64,000 bases of DNA from Callorhinchus milii (lineage: Eukaryota): positions 27,468,001-27,532,000 of the forward strand of contig NW_024704742.1 in NCBI RefSeq assembly GCF_018977255.1, read 5' to 3'. Shown piece after piece: positions 1 to 12,353 of the stretch. The notes under the pieces were generated by a model. The model did not search any database. It saw only the letters and a program-made list of their open reading frames with translations, and had not been told where the DNA came from. The first letter of the stretch is position 1; each line of letters opens with the position of its first letter. The translations under genes were made by a program, and so were the position numbers.

Positions 1-187
1 GCAATATCACCAACATATTCAAAGGGAGGAGAGTATTCTCAATATTTTGTGGTGAATAATTTCAGTTAGATTATGATATTGCCTCAGCATTGGTGTATTT
101 CAGAGCAATAGCTTACAAAGAAGATCTCTTTAAGAAACTATGCTGTTCAATCCATCTGTGTTATTTTATGTCATGTACACACACACT

Positions 188-326
188 CATACATACATAC
201 ATACATGCATACATACATACATACATACATACATACATACATACATACATACATACATACATACATACATACATACATACATACATACATACATACATAC
301 ATACATACATACATACACACACACAC
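188..326. repeat. (CATA)n microsatellite of about 30 units, running into a short (CA)n
   Basis: Directly visible; it explains the low-complexity HTYI/CMYV ORFs at 90-488. Confidence 0.98.
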
Positions 327-976
327 GTGTACATACAGAAGATAGAAAATCCATTGAGATGGAATATTTTACAGAATGATTGCCTAAAAGTGAACAAAAT
401 AGATCATCTTAAGAGTCATTTGTTGAAATATCAGTGGTTGACAGATATTAAGCATCAAATTAAAAAGCTGATTTACCATCAATTTTAAGTATAAGAAGAT
501 AACAAACACATAAATTAAAGCTATAAATGTTGTAAGAAACTGAACCTTTGTATGGATATTGATAATGACAACTCTAGAATAAGCTGGGTGCATTTAGATC
601 ACAAGTGATTTGAGAAATCTAGTTGATTTCTTTGAGGATTAATATTCAATGGAGTTTTACAATAACCTAACAAAACATAATGGAATAAGGCTGTTTTGTC
701 CAGAAATGTTTATATGGGTTTTTATCCACAGGGACTGTCAGCCTTCAATCCTGATGTTCTCTTTGAAGTCAGTTGACCAAACTTGCTTTATACTTAATAT
801 ATCACCTGAGCTTCATGTCTTAATATATCATCTGAGCTGTTTGTAATACTTTCGGTAACTAACCAACAAGTGATTGTGGGTTTTCTTTACCACTTTGATG
901 GTTGACATTTTATCCACAGTGGATTGGAATACAGCCAGCACCATATGTATTTCAAAGATGAAGCCTTCAAATGCTG

Positions 977-1272
977 GTAGGGTGAAACATTGGGCAAGTA
1001 TCCTTACTCCACACGCCTCTGTTTACCTAGCAGTAAGTAGGAACCTTGTCAATCGCTTTTCCAGGGGTAATAATTCGATCATAATAAATGGAAAATAATT
1101 TGGTCACTTCAATCCACGACTGTTTGTGGGATGCTGCTGTGCGCAATTGGCTGTCACGTTTTGCCCGCATAATATACCGTCAATTCATTTTACAGTATAT
1201 TCTGTGAAGTGCTTTGAGATGTCTCAAAATGTGATAAGGCACGATATCAAATGCAAGGATTAATACTATTAT
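977..1272 (+). mobile_element. SINE family A, 5'-truncated copy
   Basis: Shares the body tccttactccacacgcctctgtttacctagcagtaagtaggaacc and the tail atatcaaatgcaaggatta with full copies at 47478 and 54838. Confidence 0.9.
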
Positions 1273-1726
1273 CATAAATTTATCTTTCATTTCCCCAAAT
1301 ATCTTAATACCTGCAGTTTCCAAATATCTGTTCATCTTTCCTCAAAAAACCTCAATTCTGCACCTGGAGTCTTCTGACGCATGTACATTCCACATGCTCT
1401 CAACTCTGTTTGAAGAAATGTTACTTAAAATAATATTTGTGAATCATGTCAGTTCCTGTTACTCTTGGATATTACATCCAACTGTCTGATGACTGCCTCC
1501 TGCCTTTTGCATGGATTTGACAAATTCACTCCAGGAGATCTCCTTCAGCAACAACAATGTACATTGTGCCTTTCAAGTCAGGAGGATGTCGCAAAATGCT
1601 TCACACAACTGAAACTTCTGTATAAAAGCAAGTTTGCTTTCAACGTTAGGCCTTCTTTCAAACTTATTTTATTGGATCACGAGTTTGGCATTTTGCAAGC
1701 TCGCTTCCGTCTCTGATATCTATCAT

Positions 1727-2049
1727 ATGAGGAGTCCTGTAGCTCATCGGTTAGAGCACTCACCTTGCAAGCGAGAGACCTTGGATCGATTCCCGGAAGA
1801 GCAAAAACCTTGGCAAGTTTCCTTACTCTACATGTCTGATCCTTCAAGAAAAAAAAGCAATAATAAATTGATCACTCCAATCCACGGTTGTTTGTGGGAC
1901 ACTGCTGTGCGTAATTGGCTACCCCGTTTCGCCCACAAATATACAGTTAATTCACTTTACAGTATATTCTGTAAAGTGCTTTGAGACATCTAGAAGACGT
2001 GAAAAGCGCTATATCAAATGCAATGATTATTATTATTATTGTTATTGTT
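1727..2049 (+). mobile_element. SINE family A with tRNA-Ala-like head and an internal deletion
   Basis: Head gtcctgtagctcatcggttagagcactcaccttgcaagcgagag, a degenerate B box, the shared 3' module and a (TTA)n tail. Confidence 0.9.
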
Positions 2050-2074
2050 TGTCTCAGTAGACCTGTCAAGATAA

Positions 2075-2275
2075 TGATATCCTTCGGTTGAGATGTTAAA
2101 CTGATATCCCATTTGCCTGTCCAGGTGGACTTCAAAGATCCCATGGTGCTATTTGAACCAAGAAGGAAGTGTTTTATGGTGTCCTGGCCAACAATCCCCG
2201 AGATAAAATTGGTCATTCACTCCATGACTGCTTATGGAAAATTGCTGTGCACTTACTGGCTGCTCCATTTACCAA
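2075..2275 (+). mobile_element. Deu-domain SINE, central fragment
   Basis: caggtggacttcaaagatcccatggtgctatttgaa...gtcctggccaaca matches the other Deu-SINE copies in the window. Confidence 0.75.
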
Positions 2276-2969
2276 CTGATTATTAAGATCCAATGGATCT
2301 GAATATTACACATGATTCGAATGATAAAACATGCAGTAGTTGTGTTTATGTCGGTCACCCCCGATATAAGGCCCCATGTTTCTAGGAGAAATTTTAAAAT
2401 GACTGAAATGAGCACAGATGACAGGAGATCCCTGATCACATGTGGTGCATTTAATGGGCAGACAAAATTATCGTATGGGGCCTGACTGCCCCAGCAGCAC
2501 GAGTTGAAATCAGCTGAGACTGAAGTTGCCTTCGTGCTTGGATACATAGAATTATCTGTTCAACTATCACTTCACAGAAACAGCATGATTGCCCTATCTA
2601 AATCATTAAGTAATACAACTAACATTTTGACAAAAAGCATCTGGGATGCGTAAAATAAGAAGAGGGGTAGAATATTAATTTTCACCATGATGATTCTCTT
2701 GAGTAAAGCTGGAGGAAACACATCCAGCATACCATATCCTCTTTAAAGGTTTTGAGAATTTGAGGGCAGGATGTTAATCTCTATCCTTTGGGGACTATTG
2801 AAATTTAGATTAATTTATTTTGTCTCTGTCAAGAAGGCCAAATTGTGCTAAGAAATGTAGGCAAATATATTAGGCATTGGTGACTTGATATACTTTCAGC
2901 ATACAGGGAGAGCTTTAGTTTATCATTCTCCACTTTAACACCTCATCATTAAAAAAAAGTTTATTTTTA

Positions 2970-3172
2970 TAGTAATAATTCCTTCAAAATAATAATAAGA
3001 AGAAATTGGTCACTCAACCCAGGACTATTTGTGGGAAACTGCTGTGCACAAATGGCTGCTGCATTTCGTCCAAAAAACATAATCAGTTCACTTTACATTA
3101 TATCCTGTGAAGCGCTTTGAGATGTCTTGAAGACGTGATAAGGCACCATATCAAATGCAAGGATTATTATTA
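2970..3172 (+). mobile_element. SINE family A, 3' half
   Basis: Shared 3' module and tail. Confidence 0.85.
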
Positions 3173-3379
3173 GTATAGCCACCCCAAAGTTTGTGGAGTT
3201 TATGAAAACTGAAGACAGCAGGCAGATTGAAATAAGAGCAGTCAGTAAAGCTCGTGGTTAGTGATGATCCAGTGTTAGTATAAAGAATAGAAATCCAATG
3301 AAGTGTGTTCCCAAACCAACCTTCTGGATTATTAAAAGACAAAAGACTCATTAGAGCCTCAAAACATCATATAGAGTTC

Positions 3380-3758
3380 ATTAGCGTATTGGTCAGAGCA
3401 TTTGTCTCTCAACCAAGAGGACCCAGGTTTGATTCCCAGTCTGGGATAACCTTAGGCATGTTTCCGTACTCCACCCGCCTGTGTTTATCGAACAGCAAGT
3501 AGGAACTTGGTTGTTAGTCAATTGGCCGATCGCTTTCTGGAGGTAATAATCCCTTCAAATAATAATTTGTTCACTCAGTCCACTACTATCTTTGGGACAC
3601 TGCTGTGTGTAATTGGCTGCTGTGTATCGTTCACAAAATATACAGTCAATTCACTTTACAGTATATCCCATGAAGCGCTTTGAGACATCTCAATGACGTG
3701 AAAAGGCGCTATATCAAATACAAGAGTTGTTACTAATATTATTTATTATTATTATTAT
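3380..3758 (+). mobile_element. SINE family A, near full length
   Basis: Degenerate tRNA head (ggtcagagca...ggtttgattccc), body and (TTA)n tail. Confidence 0.88.
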
Positions 3759-4057
3759 CATAACCAGTCAAGTTCACACTTTTGGTGTGAACAGTGATAT
3801 AATTAGATTGCCTCCTATTTGTGTACCAAATTTGGTCAGTTTTTACCGTAACATGGTGGAAAGGAGCCAGTTAAACATGATGGTTTGAAGCATGAAACAT
3901 CAACCCTTATTTCTGCACAAGGGCTTAAGTAGCAGGAATGGCCCTGCAGATGTTAAGAAATGACACTGAGTGCCTGTGTGCAGGTAGAAATCGATTTTTA
4001 ATTCTGCAAAATTGAATCATCATCAAGAAACATTGAGATATAACCAGCAGCCTGCGG

Positions 4058-4274
4058 AGGGAAAAAATTCCATCTGAGTTGAGATTTACTCAAGGTAGAT
4101 TTCAGTGTGCAGAAATTGGCAAATTGTTGGACTCAGTCTTGAAACTGATTTTCAATAGTTTCTTGAAATAACTTAGAGAAAAATAGCTTCAAAATGAAGA
4201 CTATTTAAGAATTTACTCATGATGCTCTGAAATGTTAAATAGAGTCAATTCTAGACCAAGATGGGATTCTTCCC
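4058..4274. mobile_element. Palindromic MITE-like element
   Basis: Imperfect terminal inverted repeats gggaaaaaattccatct ... agatgggattcttccc; a homologous copy follows directly. Confidence 0.6.
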
Positions 4275-4315
4275 AAGTGTGTACATTTCTTTTTGAATCA
4301 AACAAGAACAGAACA

Positions 4316-4656
4316 GGCTGGAAGAAATTCCACCTGGGTTTAGATTTACTCAGCTAATGTAACATTTCATAGTGTTCAAATTCAGCAAACTGTTGAACAG
4401 TTTTTAATAGTTCTTAAAAGAATTTCCAAAAAAGACTTCAAAATCAACACTGTAATTTATGAATTTTTAATAAAGTTTTGCCCACAAAATACAGTCAATC
4501 CACTTTACAATATACCCCGTAAAGCACTTTGAGCCATCTCAAAACAGTGATAAGGCAGACACTATATTAAATGCAAGGATTACTCTCATAAGTTTGCCAA
4601 ATTCTGTACATTCAGAATAAATCTAGACCGAGTAGACCGAGGGAAATTTCTTGCCC
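4316..4656. mobile_element. Second palindromic MITE-like copy, interrupted by a SINE tail at about 4477-4585
   Basis: ggaagaaattccacctgggtttagatttactca aligns to 4060-4092; the right end is gagggaaatttcttgcc. Confidence 0.55.
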
Positions 4657-4699
4657 CCACCATCCCACTCCCCTAAGTGACATGACTTCTCTCAATCAT

Positions 4700-5330
4700 G
4701 TTGAATACGTTGAAGTTTGCTGCATTTCAAACTCGAGAAGAACTTTTTAGCTCACAGAACCTTACTGAAAAATACAGCACTGAGTGGTGTGAGGTGTGTA
4801 ACTCGAACATTCATAACTTGTATCAGTTTTATTTTATTTTGTTGAAGAACGAGATCATGCACTCCATAACCTCTGATTGTTGTCGTGTGGGTCACACAGC
4901 TGGTGAGTTCAGTGCAGAGCTGAGAAAGGTCGTTGCATGCAACGAGCAGTAGACAAAGTTTTCTTTTCATTATGTGCTTTAACTTTGAATAACAGTAACC
5001 TTTAATAAATTGCTATGGCAAGAAAAGATTAAATCGTTGCATCTCTAAAACTTTGAGAAGAACGAACATTTCAACTTCAAATGCATCGGAGCTTCAAAAG
5101 AAATGTGGATCGGTTGCAACATCAAACGTGAAACAGTTTTTAATTTTGTAGGTTTGATCTTAATCTGATCAGTCACTGATCAGGTAGGCCTTTCGTCTTT
5201 CCTTCCCTCAGTGAGGTGTGTCGTTACACGCGATCAGGATTGTTACATTTTTAATGGGACAGGGTGTTGGACCGAATTATTGTATGTTTTTATAGCGTCA
5301 TCTATTATCTATGGTCCCGAAACATCTTAT
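4700..5330 (+). promoter_or_regulatory. Candidate CpG-retaining promoter or first-exon region
   Basis: About 19 CpG in about 620 nt of non-repeat AT-rich DNA (eye count); donor-like CTG|gtgagt at 4903; palindrome at 4930-4945; X-box-like ttgctatggcaa at 5010-5021. Confidence 0.35.
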
Positions 5331-5959
5331 GGTTTTAGAATGCCATCTATTATCTATGAATTGCTGAAGAGAGTTGTGTGGCTATTCTGTGCATGTTTTT
5401 TATATATATTATTTTGCAACATGTTATTTTTGTTCCTCCTGTAGAAAGGGTTATGGATGAATGAGTTGCTGAGCGTGTGTGACATATATTGCTCTTGATA
5501 TAGGTCAAGTCAGCTTCTGGCCCCAAAACTGTAGATATTTTTGTCTCTTGGTTGTTACATTGTTGTGTGTTGAGAGTGATGCTTCGAGGGGATGAGCAAG
5601 ACAGATAATAGATTTGCTTCGAGAAACCAGCTTGTTTCCGAAGAAGAGGAAATAACCATGCTACAATTTTAGGCTACAATTCAGGTTAGAGAGCCAACAT
5701 CTTTGTTGACTAGTCTCGAAGACATGATAAGGCGCGATATCAAATGCAAGGATTATAAATCTTATAGGTTCTATGCACATCCATACTCTTATTTAGGTAA
5801 GTGAGTGGAGCTTCTTGGCACGTCACTACCAAATCCACCTTTTAGCAAGCTGCCAAATAGTATTGTCAGAGTAACATTGTGAGAGACAACTCATCCAATT
5901 TACCTGCCTCTTTTTTTTAAAAAAACTTTTGATTCGATTTTTTAGTGTCCATAATGCCT

Positions 5960-6250
5960 AAACATCTCACAGCACATCATAGAGAATTGTTGTGAAGCAT
6001 AGTGATTATGTATTTAGCCAATTTGTTCACATCAGATCCACAAACAGCCTTGAAGCGAATGATCAATCTTTCATGTGGATTATTGGCCAGGGAGAAACTT
6101 CTCTCTTCAAATAGTGTCATGGGATCTTTAGCATTCGCCTAAACAGACGGATGTGATATTGGCTTAATGTTTTATCTGCAGGCCAGCATCTCTGACAATA
6201 CAGTGCTTCCCCAGTACTGAACTAGATTGTCAGCTTAGACTGTGAACTCA
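5960..6250 (-). mobile_element. Deu-domain SINE, degenerate
   Basis: Reverse complement of the Deu core (gtcatgggatctttagcattcgcctaaacagacgg...cagtactgaactagattgtcagc). Confidence 0.7.
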
Positions 6251-7020
6251 GGTTTCTCCACTGCATGGTGTTGGGGATCCATTGCACTGCACTTCTCCCA
6301 AGAGTATCTTTTTGAAAATAGCAACAGATTGTGCAGTCAAGGCTTGTAAAGAACACAGTTGAATGCACTTTACGTAAGCAATATAGCTTCAGTCAATGCA
6401 ACAGTCACATTCCGATATAGTGAGCTTTTGTTATGACTAGAGGGATTATAGTGATATTGTTATTCAGTCCCTTGTGTAAAGATTCAATATCAAGGTGTTT
6501 AATAACCCTTTATCCCCTGGTAGCTCCTCAGAATTTTAGGCTCCATGGACTAAACATGTTTAAAGTTTTCAGCTCACGCATCAAGACATGGACATAAAAT
6601 ATAATATTACAGCGATAAAACTATTCATGTCAAGAATGATATTGCAATATTAATGGTGTACTGAAAAATAGATGGTGAAAATGACTTCAGTCATCTAATA
6701 TTCAATCATTTAAATACTCCAATTTCTTTCACATTTCTACTTGTTTTTCATGTTTAACTCTTTTAAACTATCATAATAACCATTCGTAAATTTGATCTTG
6801 TGCCCATAACATCAGAAATACCTAAAATAACTACATGGGTATTTGGCATCAAGTGTAGCGACTGTGTATTTGTAGGCAATTCTAGCTTATAATTCCTTTT
6901 GAAAACAGTTGTTGAAAATAAAAAAACACACACTTTGCTTCCCTTTCCTTCCAGATCTTCAGGAGTCCTACCGTTTATCTTGGAGGTGGAATATGTGTAC
7001 TCACAGTTTGAGAGTATGAA

Positions 7021-7120
7021 TTAATAATAATGATAATCCTTGCAATTTATATAGAACCTTATCGCACCTTCGAGACGTCTCAAAGCGCTTCACAGAATAT
7101 ACTGTAAAGTGAGTTGACTG
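7021..7120 (-). mobile_element. SINE 3' tail fragment
   Basis: aatccttgcaatttatatag...gagacgtctcaaagcgcttcacagaatatactgtaaagtga. Confidence 0.85.
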
Positions 7121-7829
7121 AAATATACAATTCATGGTTGTTCATCCTTCTCACACTATTTCTGGGATGACTGGTTGTTTCTATCCTGTTGGAACGCAAT
7201 CAGGTTACATTTGTTTTCAGCGTCTGAATTGAGGTTGTCAGCCTGTGTGCTCAGGACTGAAGTGTGATCCATTTTAGGTGTTGCAGTTTGCTAGTCTGCT
7301 ACGTTTCTGCTTTGTGTTTTGAAAGTTATAGATTGTGACATTTCTACATGTTGCTGAGGAGATCTGTGGCCATCAGCCCATGATATTGATCGGTTTTGAG
7401 TGGTGGTGCCTGCTGCTGCTGGGACATTCAGGAAAACCGACCGCGGTTCATTACACTAGCTGGCATGAGCGAGGATGGCTTTGAATGCTGTCTTGTCTTT
7501 ATTGGGTGTGTGTGGGTGGATGTGTGTACGCGTTACATTGCACTATTTCAGGAGTCACGGTACTCCCGTCCTTTGATATAGTTATTCATATTCAGTCCAC
7601 TTATACAGTATCCTATGTTCCAAGTACTTTACGGTTCCAATTGAACAATATTATTGCCTTAAAAAGGATTCTGACCAAAATTGTACCTTTAATGATTGCT
7701 GAAGAGCCTTATCTTTCTCCAGGTGTTGTTTTTTGGTTGGCTAATAAAATTGGGCTGGTCTTTTAGAATCAGACGACCATCTGAGCTAGAAGCTTTGTTC
7801 CTTTGCTTTAGCTGTATCATGAAGCTATT

Positions 7830-8238
7830 GTGTGTCAGCTTGATGAGGTAATAGCACTTTCACCTCTGAATCAAAAGGTTGTGGGTTCAAGCCCCACGTC
7901 AGGAACTTGAAATCACAGTGTAAGCTGACACTCAAATGCAGTGTTGGGGACACTGTATTGTCTGACATGGCATTCTTTGGAGGTGGTGCTAAACCAAGGG
8001 ACCATAGCATGGTTCAAAAAGAAAAGGGAGTTTCTCTCAGTCTCCTGGCCAACAATCTCCCAAATAAAATTGGTCAACTCACTTCATTGCTCTTTTTGGG
8101 ACATTGCTGTGTGTAACTGGTTGCTGCATTTTGCCCACAAAATACATAAATCAATCCACTTTACAATATATCCTGTGATGCACTTTTAGATGTCACACCA
8201 ACAACATGATAAGACACTATATCAAATGCAAGGATTGT
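7830..8238 (+). mobile_element. Deu-domain tRNA-derived SINE (SacSINE1/AmnSINE-like), near full length
   Basis: tRNA-like head with B box gggttcaagccc, core gctgacactc...gtctcctggccaacaa, shared L2-type tail. The family assignment is from recall of DeuSINE consensus sequences. Confidence 0.8.
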
Positions 8239-8869
8239 TTTTCTCAACCACAGCAAACATACATTTTCTCCATCCTTCAACCCAGTAAATTGGAGATGTG
8301 CCAAGAAGGCTGACATTTTTTTTCCAAGGGAAGGGGAGTAACTACGTTTTATGCACAACATACAATATCAAACTATTGCAGAAATCTAAACCACTAGCTT
8401 TGTAATCAGAGGATCCAGTGCTGTTGGAAGTGCACGAATGTAGGAATAGTAGAACACACAAAGCAGGTTCATGTCTTGGTTGCTGTAGCCTTTATTGCAA
8501 GGTACATTTGTTTGACAGTCATTGGTGGTGACATGCTCCATTGACATCCTTTGTTTCTTGCTTGCAGGGAGTTCACCCTGCCCTCAGGTACAGGATAGGG
8601 TTGAGTGATATTTCAAATCTTGGAGGAGGCCACCGATATAAAATTTCCCTGTTCTATTCCTAGGACATGACCAGTATAATATTATTGGCTTTAGAAAAAG
8701 GATTATTTGGGAACAAAAAGTAAAGAGGAAGTGTTGCCTGCATTTCTATATCATTTGAAGCAGAATCAGTAGCAAAGCATTGATTCCCCCTCATAATTTA
8801 ATGAGCTTTCTATTGACTAGATACTTTTACCTTAGTAAATAGAAGCTTGCTTACTGGTTATAGAATACA

Positions 8870-9115
8870 ATTAACATTTATACAGCGCTTTTCAGTGAAT
8901 TTAGTCTCTTTGACTGAAAGCACAGTGGAAGAGTAAGGCTTGAGGTTTTTGAAAGTGGGGAGAGAAGGAGGGAGAGAGTTAGAGAGATTCCGAGATGGAG
9001 TTTCAGAGAGCAGGGGCAGGATAGTTGAAAGCCTGATGGTGGGTTGGTTAAGGCAGGGGAGAGATCATACAAATTTGTAGCGCAGAAGGAGGCCATTCTT
9101 GTCTGCACCGGCTCT
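8870..9115 (-). mobile_element. L2-type LINE 3' fragment, old
   Basis: Purine-rich reverse complement of the L2 3' end with tail catttatacagcgcttttca. Confidence 0.6.
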
Positions 9116-9647
9116 CAGAGCAAGTTGTTCGTTCAATCTCACTACCCTATAAACATGAAGCAGTTTGCTTTTCGCTGAGTGGAAGGGAACGACCAGGTCT
9201 GGGTCTGTGAGCTTCCAGAGTAAGGGTGGGGCAAGTACAGTGGAGGGATGTATTAGAAGGAATAAGTTAAGCTACCCCTCCCAATACCCTTGCTAATTAT
9301 TTATTAGAAATCCGTTTCTAATATTATATTGATTTTCCTTATGAAAGTTCATGCTGAATATACTTATCTTAATAGTGATTATTAAAAAAGAATAATGGTT
9401 GCCAGATTAGTTTTAAGGTACATCTCTCTTTTTGTGCATGCAACAACCAGCACAAAATGTCCCAGGATAAAGAATGATTTATGGAGCAGAACTGAAAGAG
9501 ATTGATGGCAGTTTTCCTTAAAGCTGCAAATGCGATGGTTTAAAAATGAGCATAATAATCTATGAATAAAAGAGAGGAAACATCTTTAATTTATCATTAT
9601 GTCAACATCCTGTTGCTTGTCTCTTCCCAAAGTGACCCAAAGCATGA

Positions 9648-10230
9648 TCAACAAGGAAGGTCTTTAGGAGAGATTTGAAGATGGGGAAGGAGGGGGCAAG
9701 GCGGAGGGATTGAGGGAGAAAGTTGCAGAGTTCGGGGCGTAGTGACTGAAAGCACGGCCACCGACGGTGAAGCAGAGGAGGATGAGGGACAAACAGGAGG
9801 CCGGAGCCGGCCGAGCGGAGGCAGCGGGTGGGAGAGTGGCGGGAGTAAACTGGTTGGATAGGTAGGGAGATGCAAGGACATGAAGGGATTTGAAAACGAG
9901 TGAGAGGATGCTGAAATCGATCTGTTCGGTAATTGGGAGCACGGCGGTTTGGAGAGGTGAGTATCCGGGCGGCGGAGTTTTGGATTAATTGAGCTTTGTT
10001 AGGGTTGGCAAGGCTTTGTTTGTAGAAATGGAATGTAAAGCATTAGAGGTCTTGGCAGGAGGATAGAGAAGGTATTATTGATGCCCACGCAAACTGGGAA
10101 TTTTAACAGAGATGGAGCTGGGGAGACCAGCAAGGACGACATTGGAATAGTCCAGCCAGGAAGTGACGAAGGCGTGGATGAGGTTTTCAGCTGCGGTGGT
10201 TTGTGAGGTATGGACGGAGGTGGGCAATTT
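9648..10230 (-). mobile_element. L2-type LINE ORF2 C-terminal fragment
   Basis: The minus frame gives LPITEQIDFSILSLVFKSLHVLASPYLS, typical of the L2 ORF2 C-terminus. Confidence 0.88.
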
Positions 10231-12156
10231 TAGTCATCTTTGACCTCCCTCAGCTCCCATCCACAGCTCGGGTGCCCATCAGAGTTAGTGAACATGCGTT
10301 AAGAAATCCTCGTGGTGTGAAAGGTGCTGTATAAATGTAAATTGTGTTGTATCTCTTGAGCCACAGGTCCCTCAGCCTCATCATGGGGCAAACCATTTTA
10401 ATTGGATAATAGGAGATGTTATTGATGCCCACCCAAACTGGGAATTTTAACAGAGTTGCTTGTTTTGAAACAAAGGGACCCATTGCCACAAATGGAGGTG
10501 AGAAAGAAAATAAATCAAAAAAGATGGCAAGTCTGAAATAAAGATAATCTTACAGTCCAAGTGAACTAGCCAGTGAAATTTCACTTATTTGGAATCCCTT
10601 ACATTCATGGTTCAGAAGGTTGTGGGTACAAAGCCTATATTAGGACGTGAGGTTGCAATCTCGGCAGACACTGCAATGTAGTAGTGTGGAACTGCTGTAA
10701 TGTAAATGGTGACATTAAATCTAGGTCCACTCAAGGTGGAGATCCTCTAACCACTTTTATAAATTTATCTCATCTCCCTCTTAGTTTTTCGAACCTTTGC
10801 GATAGTCCTGCACTCTGGACATTAGCCTTTTTGCTTGGTGTCTCACATATCTCTTGAAAAAGCCAATCATTGTCACTCCTCGGTACGGTATATTCTAAGA
10901 AGTGCTTTGAGATGACCTCTTGATGTGAAAGATGTTATATCAAATGTAAATATTTATTGTTATTATTTGTCCTCAACAGTCAAATATACTTTGCAAATGC
11001 ATTCCTTCATGGTACCATGTTTTGAGANTTTTTTTTGGCCAACTGCGTGTCTGACATGTGAATACTCATCACCACGCTTATTAAGAGCATCCAAATCAGA
11101 CTGAGAGTAAAGGAATATATTATAAAGGTGAACAAGCACAAAAACAAGAGGGAGGCAACAATTTGGTTTTCAAAATCTACATCTCAATTTTGATCGTAAC
11201 TAAAAATTTTCCCAGGTTCGTTGAGCTGAATACCAAATCTCTCTGACCCCTTTGTTCATCAATCTCTTAGAAAAAGCTTCTCACAGATGTTCTCTGATCC
11301 CCAAAGGTAATCAAACAACAATTTCAGAGAGATACTTCACTTCTGTTAGCGAAACCAGAACTCCCTCCCTCTGCAAGTTTACGTTTGGAACTCAGTTTAC
11401 AGTGTATTTTGTGAAGAGCTTCGAGAAGTCTGGGAGGCGTGATAAAGCGCTATGTCAAATGCAAGGATTATTATTATAAAAGATTAAATAGTTAAATGTA
11501 GTATTGCAAAATAATTGCATGTGTCTATGAGAAACATTATCATGAGAAAGTCATTTTATTCCTAGCATAATTCAGTTGGTTGTAATGTTATCAAACTAGT
11601 GATTTAAAATGATTAACGTTTACTAATTAGAAAGGAATTAGTTGATTGCTATAACAATTTTGTGCAACTGTTTATGGATTTAAATTGCCAGTTCATTTAT
11701 ATGCTTTAATTGATTATATTCTATGGGTAATACATTGAATATGTAAACTGTTACTCAGTCTATGGATTAATATTGCCATTGAAAAAAGCATACATTGCAA
11801 TAATTTAGAAATATATAAATTCTGTTAATGTGAAGAGATTTGGAAAAATTAAATTTTCTGCTGAATTGATTACCATCATAATACATTTTTGTAATTGTTA
11901 CTGAATATAATATGTAAAGAGGGTCATTGTAAAATTGAGTTAGTAATTGCAAATTTAATGTTAACGCTTATTTATTTGGTTTAAAAAAGAAATGAGATGA
12001 CCCTTGAAATGAATCTAAAATTATTCTGGATGAGATCAGAGATGATTTTTCCCCCCAAGGGATGGTTTCAGAAAAAGGAAAATTAATTCACAAAGAATGA
12101 AAGGCTCAGATGAAGTAGTACCTGGGTCAGATTTTATGGCACCTATTAGAAATGGA

Positions 12157-12353
12157 AACTGTATCCTAACCCTCTTTTATTAAGGAGCCTAAAATCAGTT
12201 AAACTGATTTTATAATAATAATCCTTACATTTGATATAGTGCCTTATCACGTCATTGAGACGTCTCATAATGTATTGTAAAGTTAATTGACTGCATTTAT
12301 ACTGAGTTTCACTGATTTTAGGCTCCTTAATGACGCAAGGTTAGGATACAGTT
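12157..12353. mobile_element. Palindromic element with arms of about 48 bp and a SINE tail inserted near its centre
   Basis: aactgtatcctaaccctcttttattaaggagcctaaaatcagt is inverted at 12311-12353; a minus-strand SINE tail lies at about 12211-12300. Confidence 0.75.

Noticed and set aside
90..488. 132-aa ORF with HTYI repeats
   Set aside because: It is a translation of the (CATA)n microsatellite.
11028..11028. Single n bases at 11028 and 30806
   Set aside because: These are assembly ambiguities next to T-runs, not biology.
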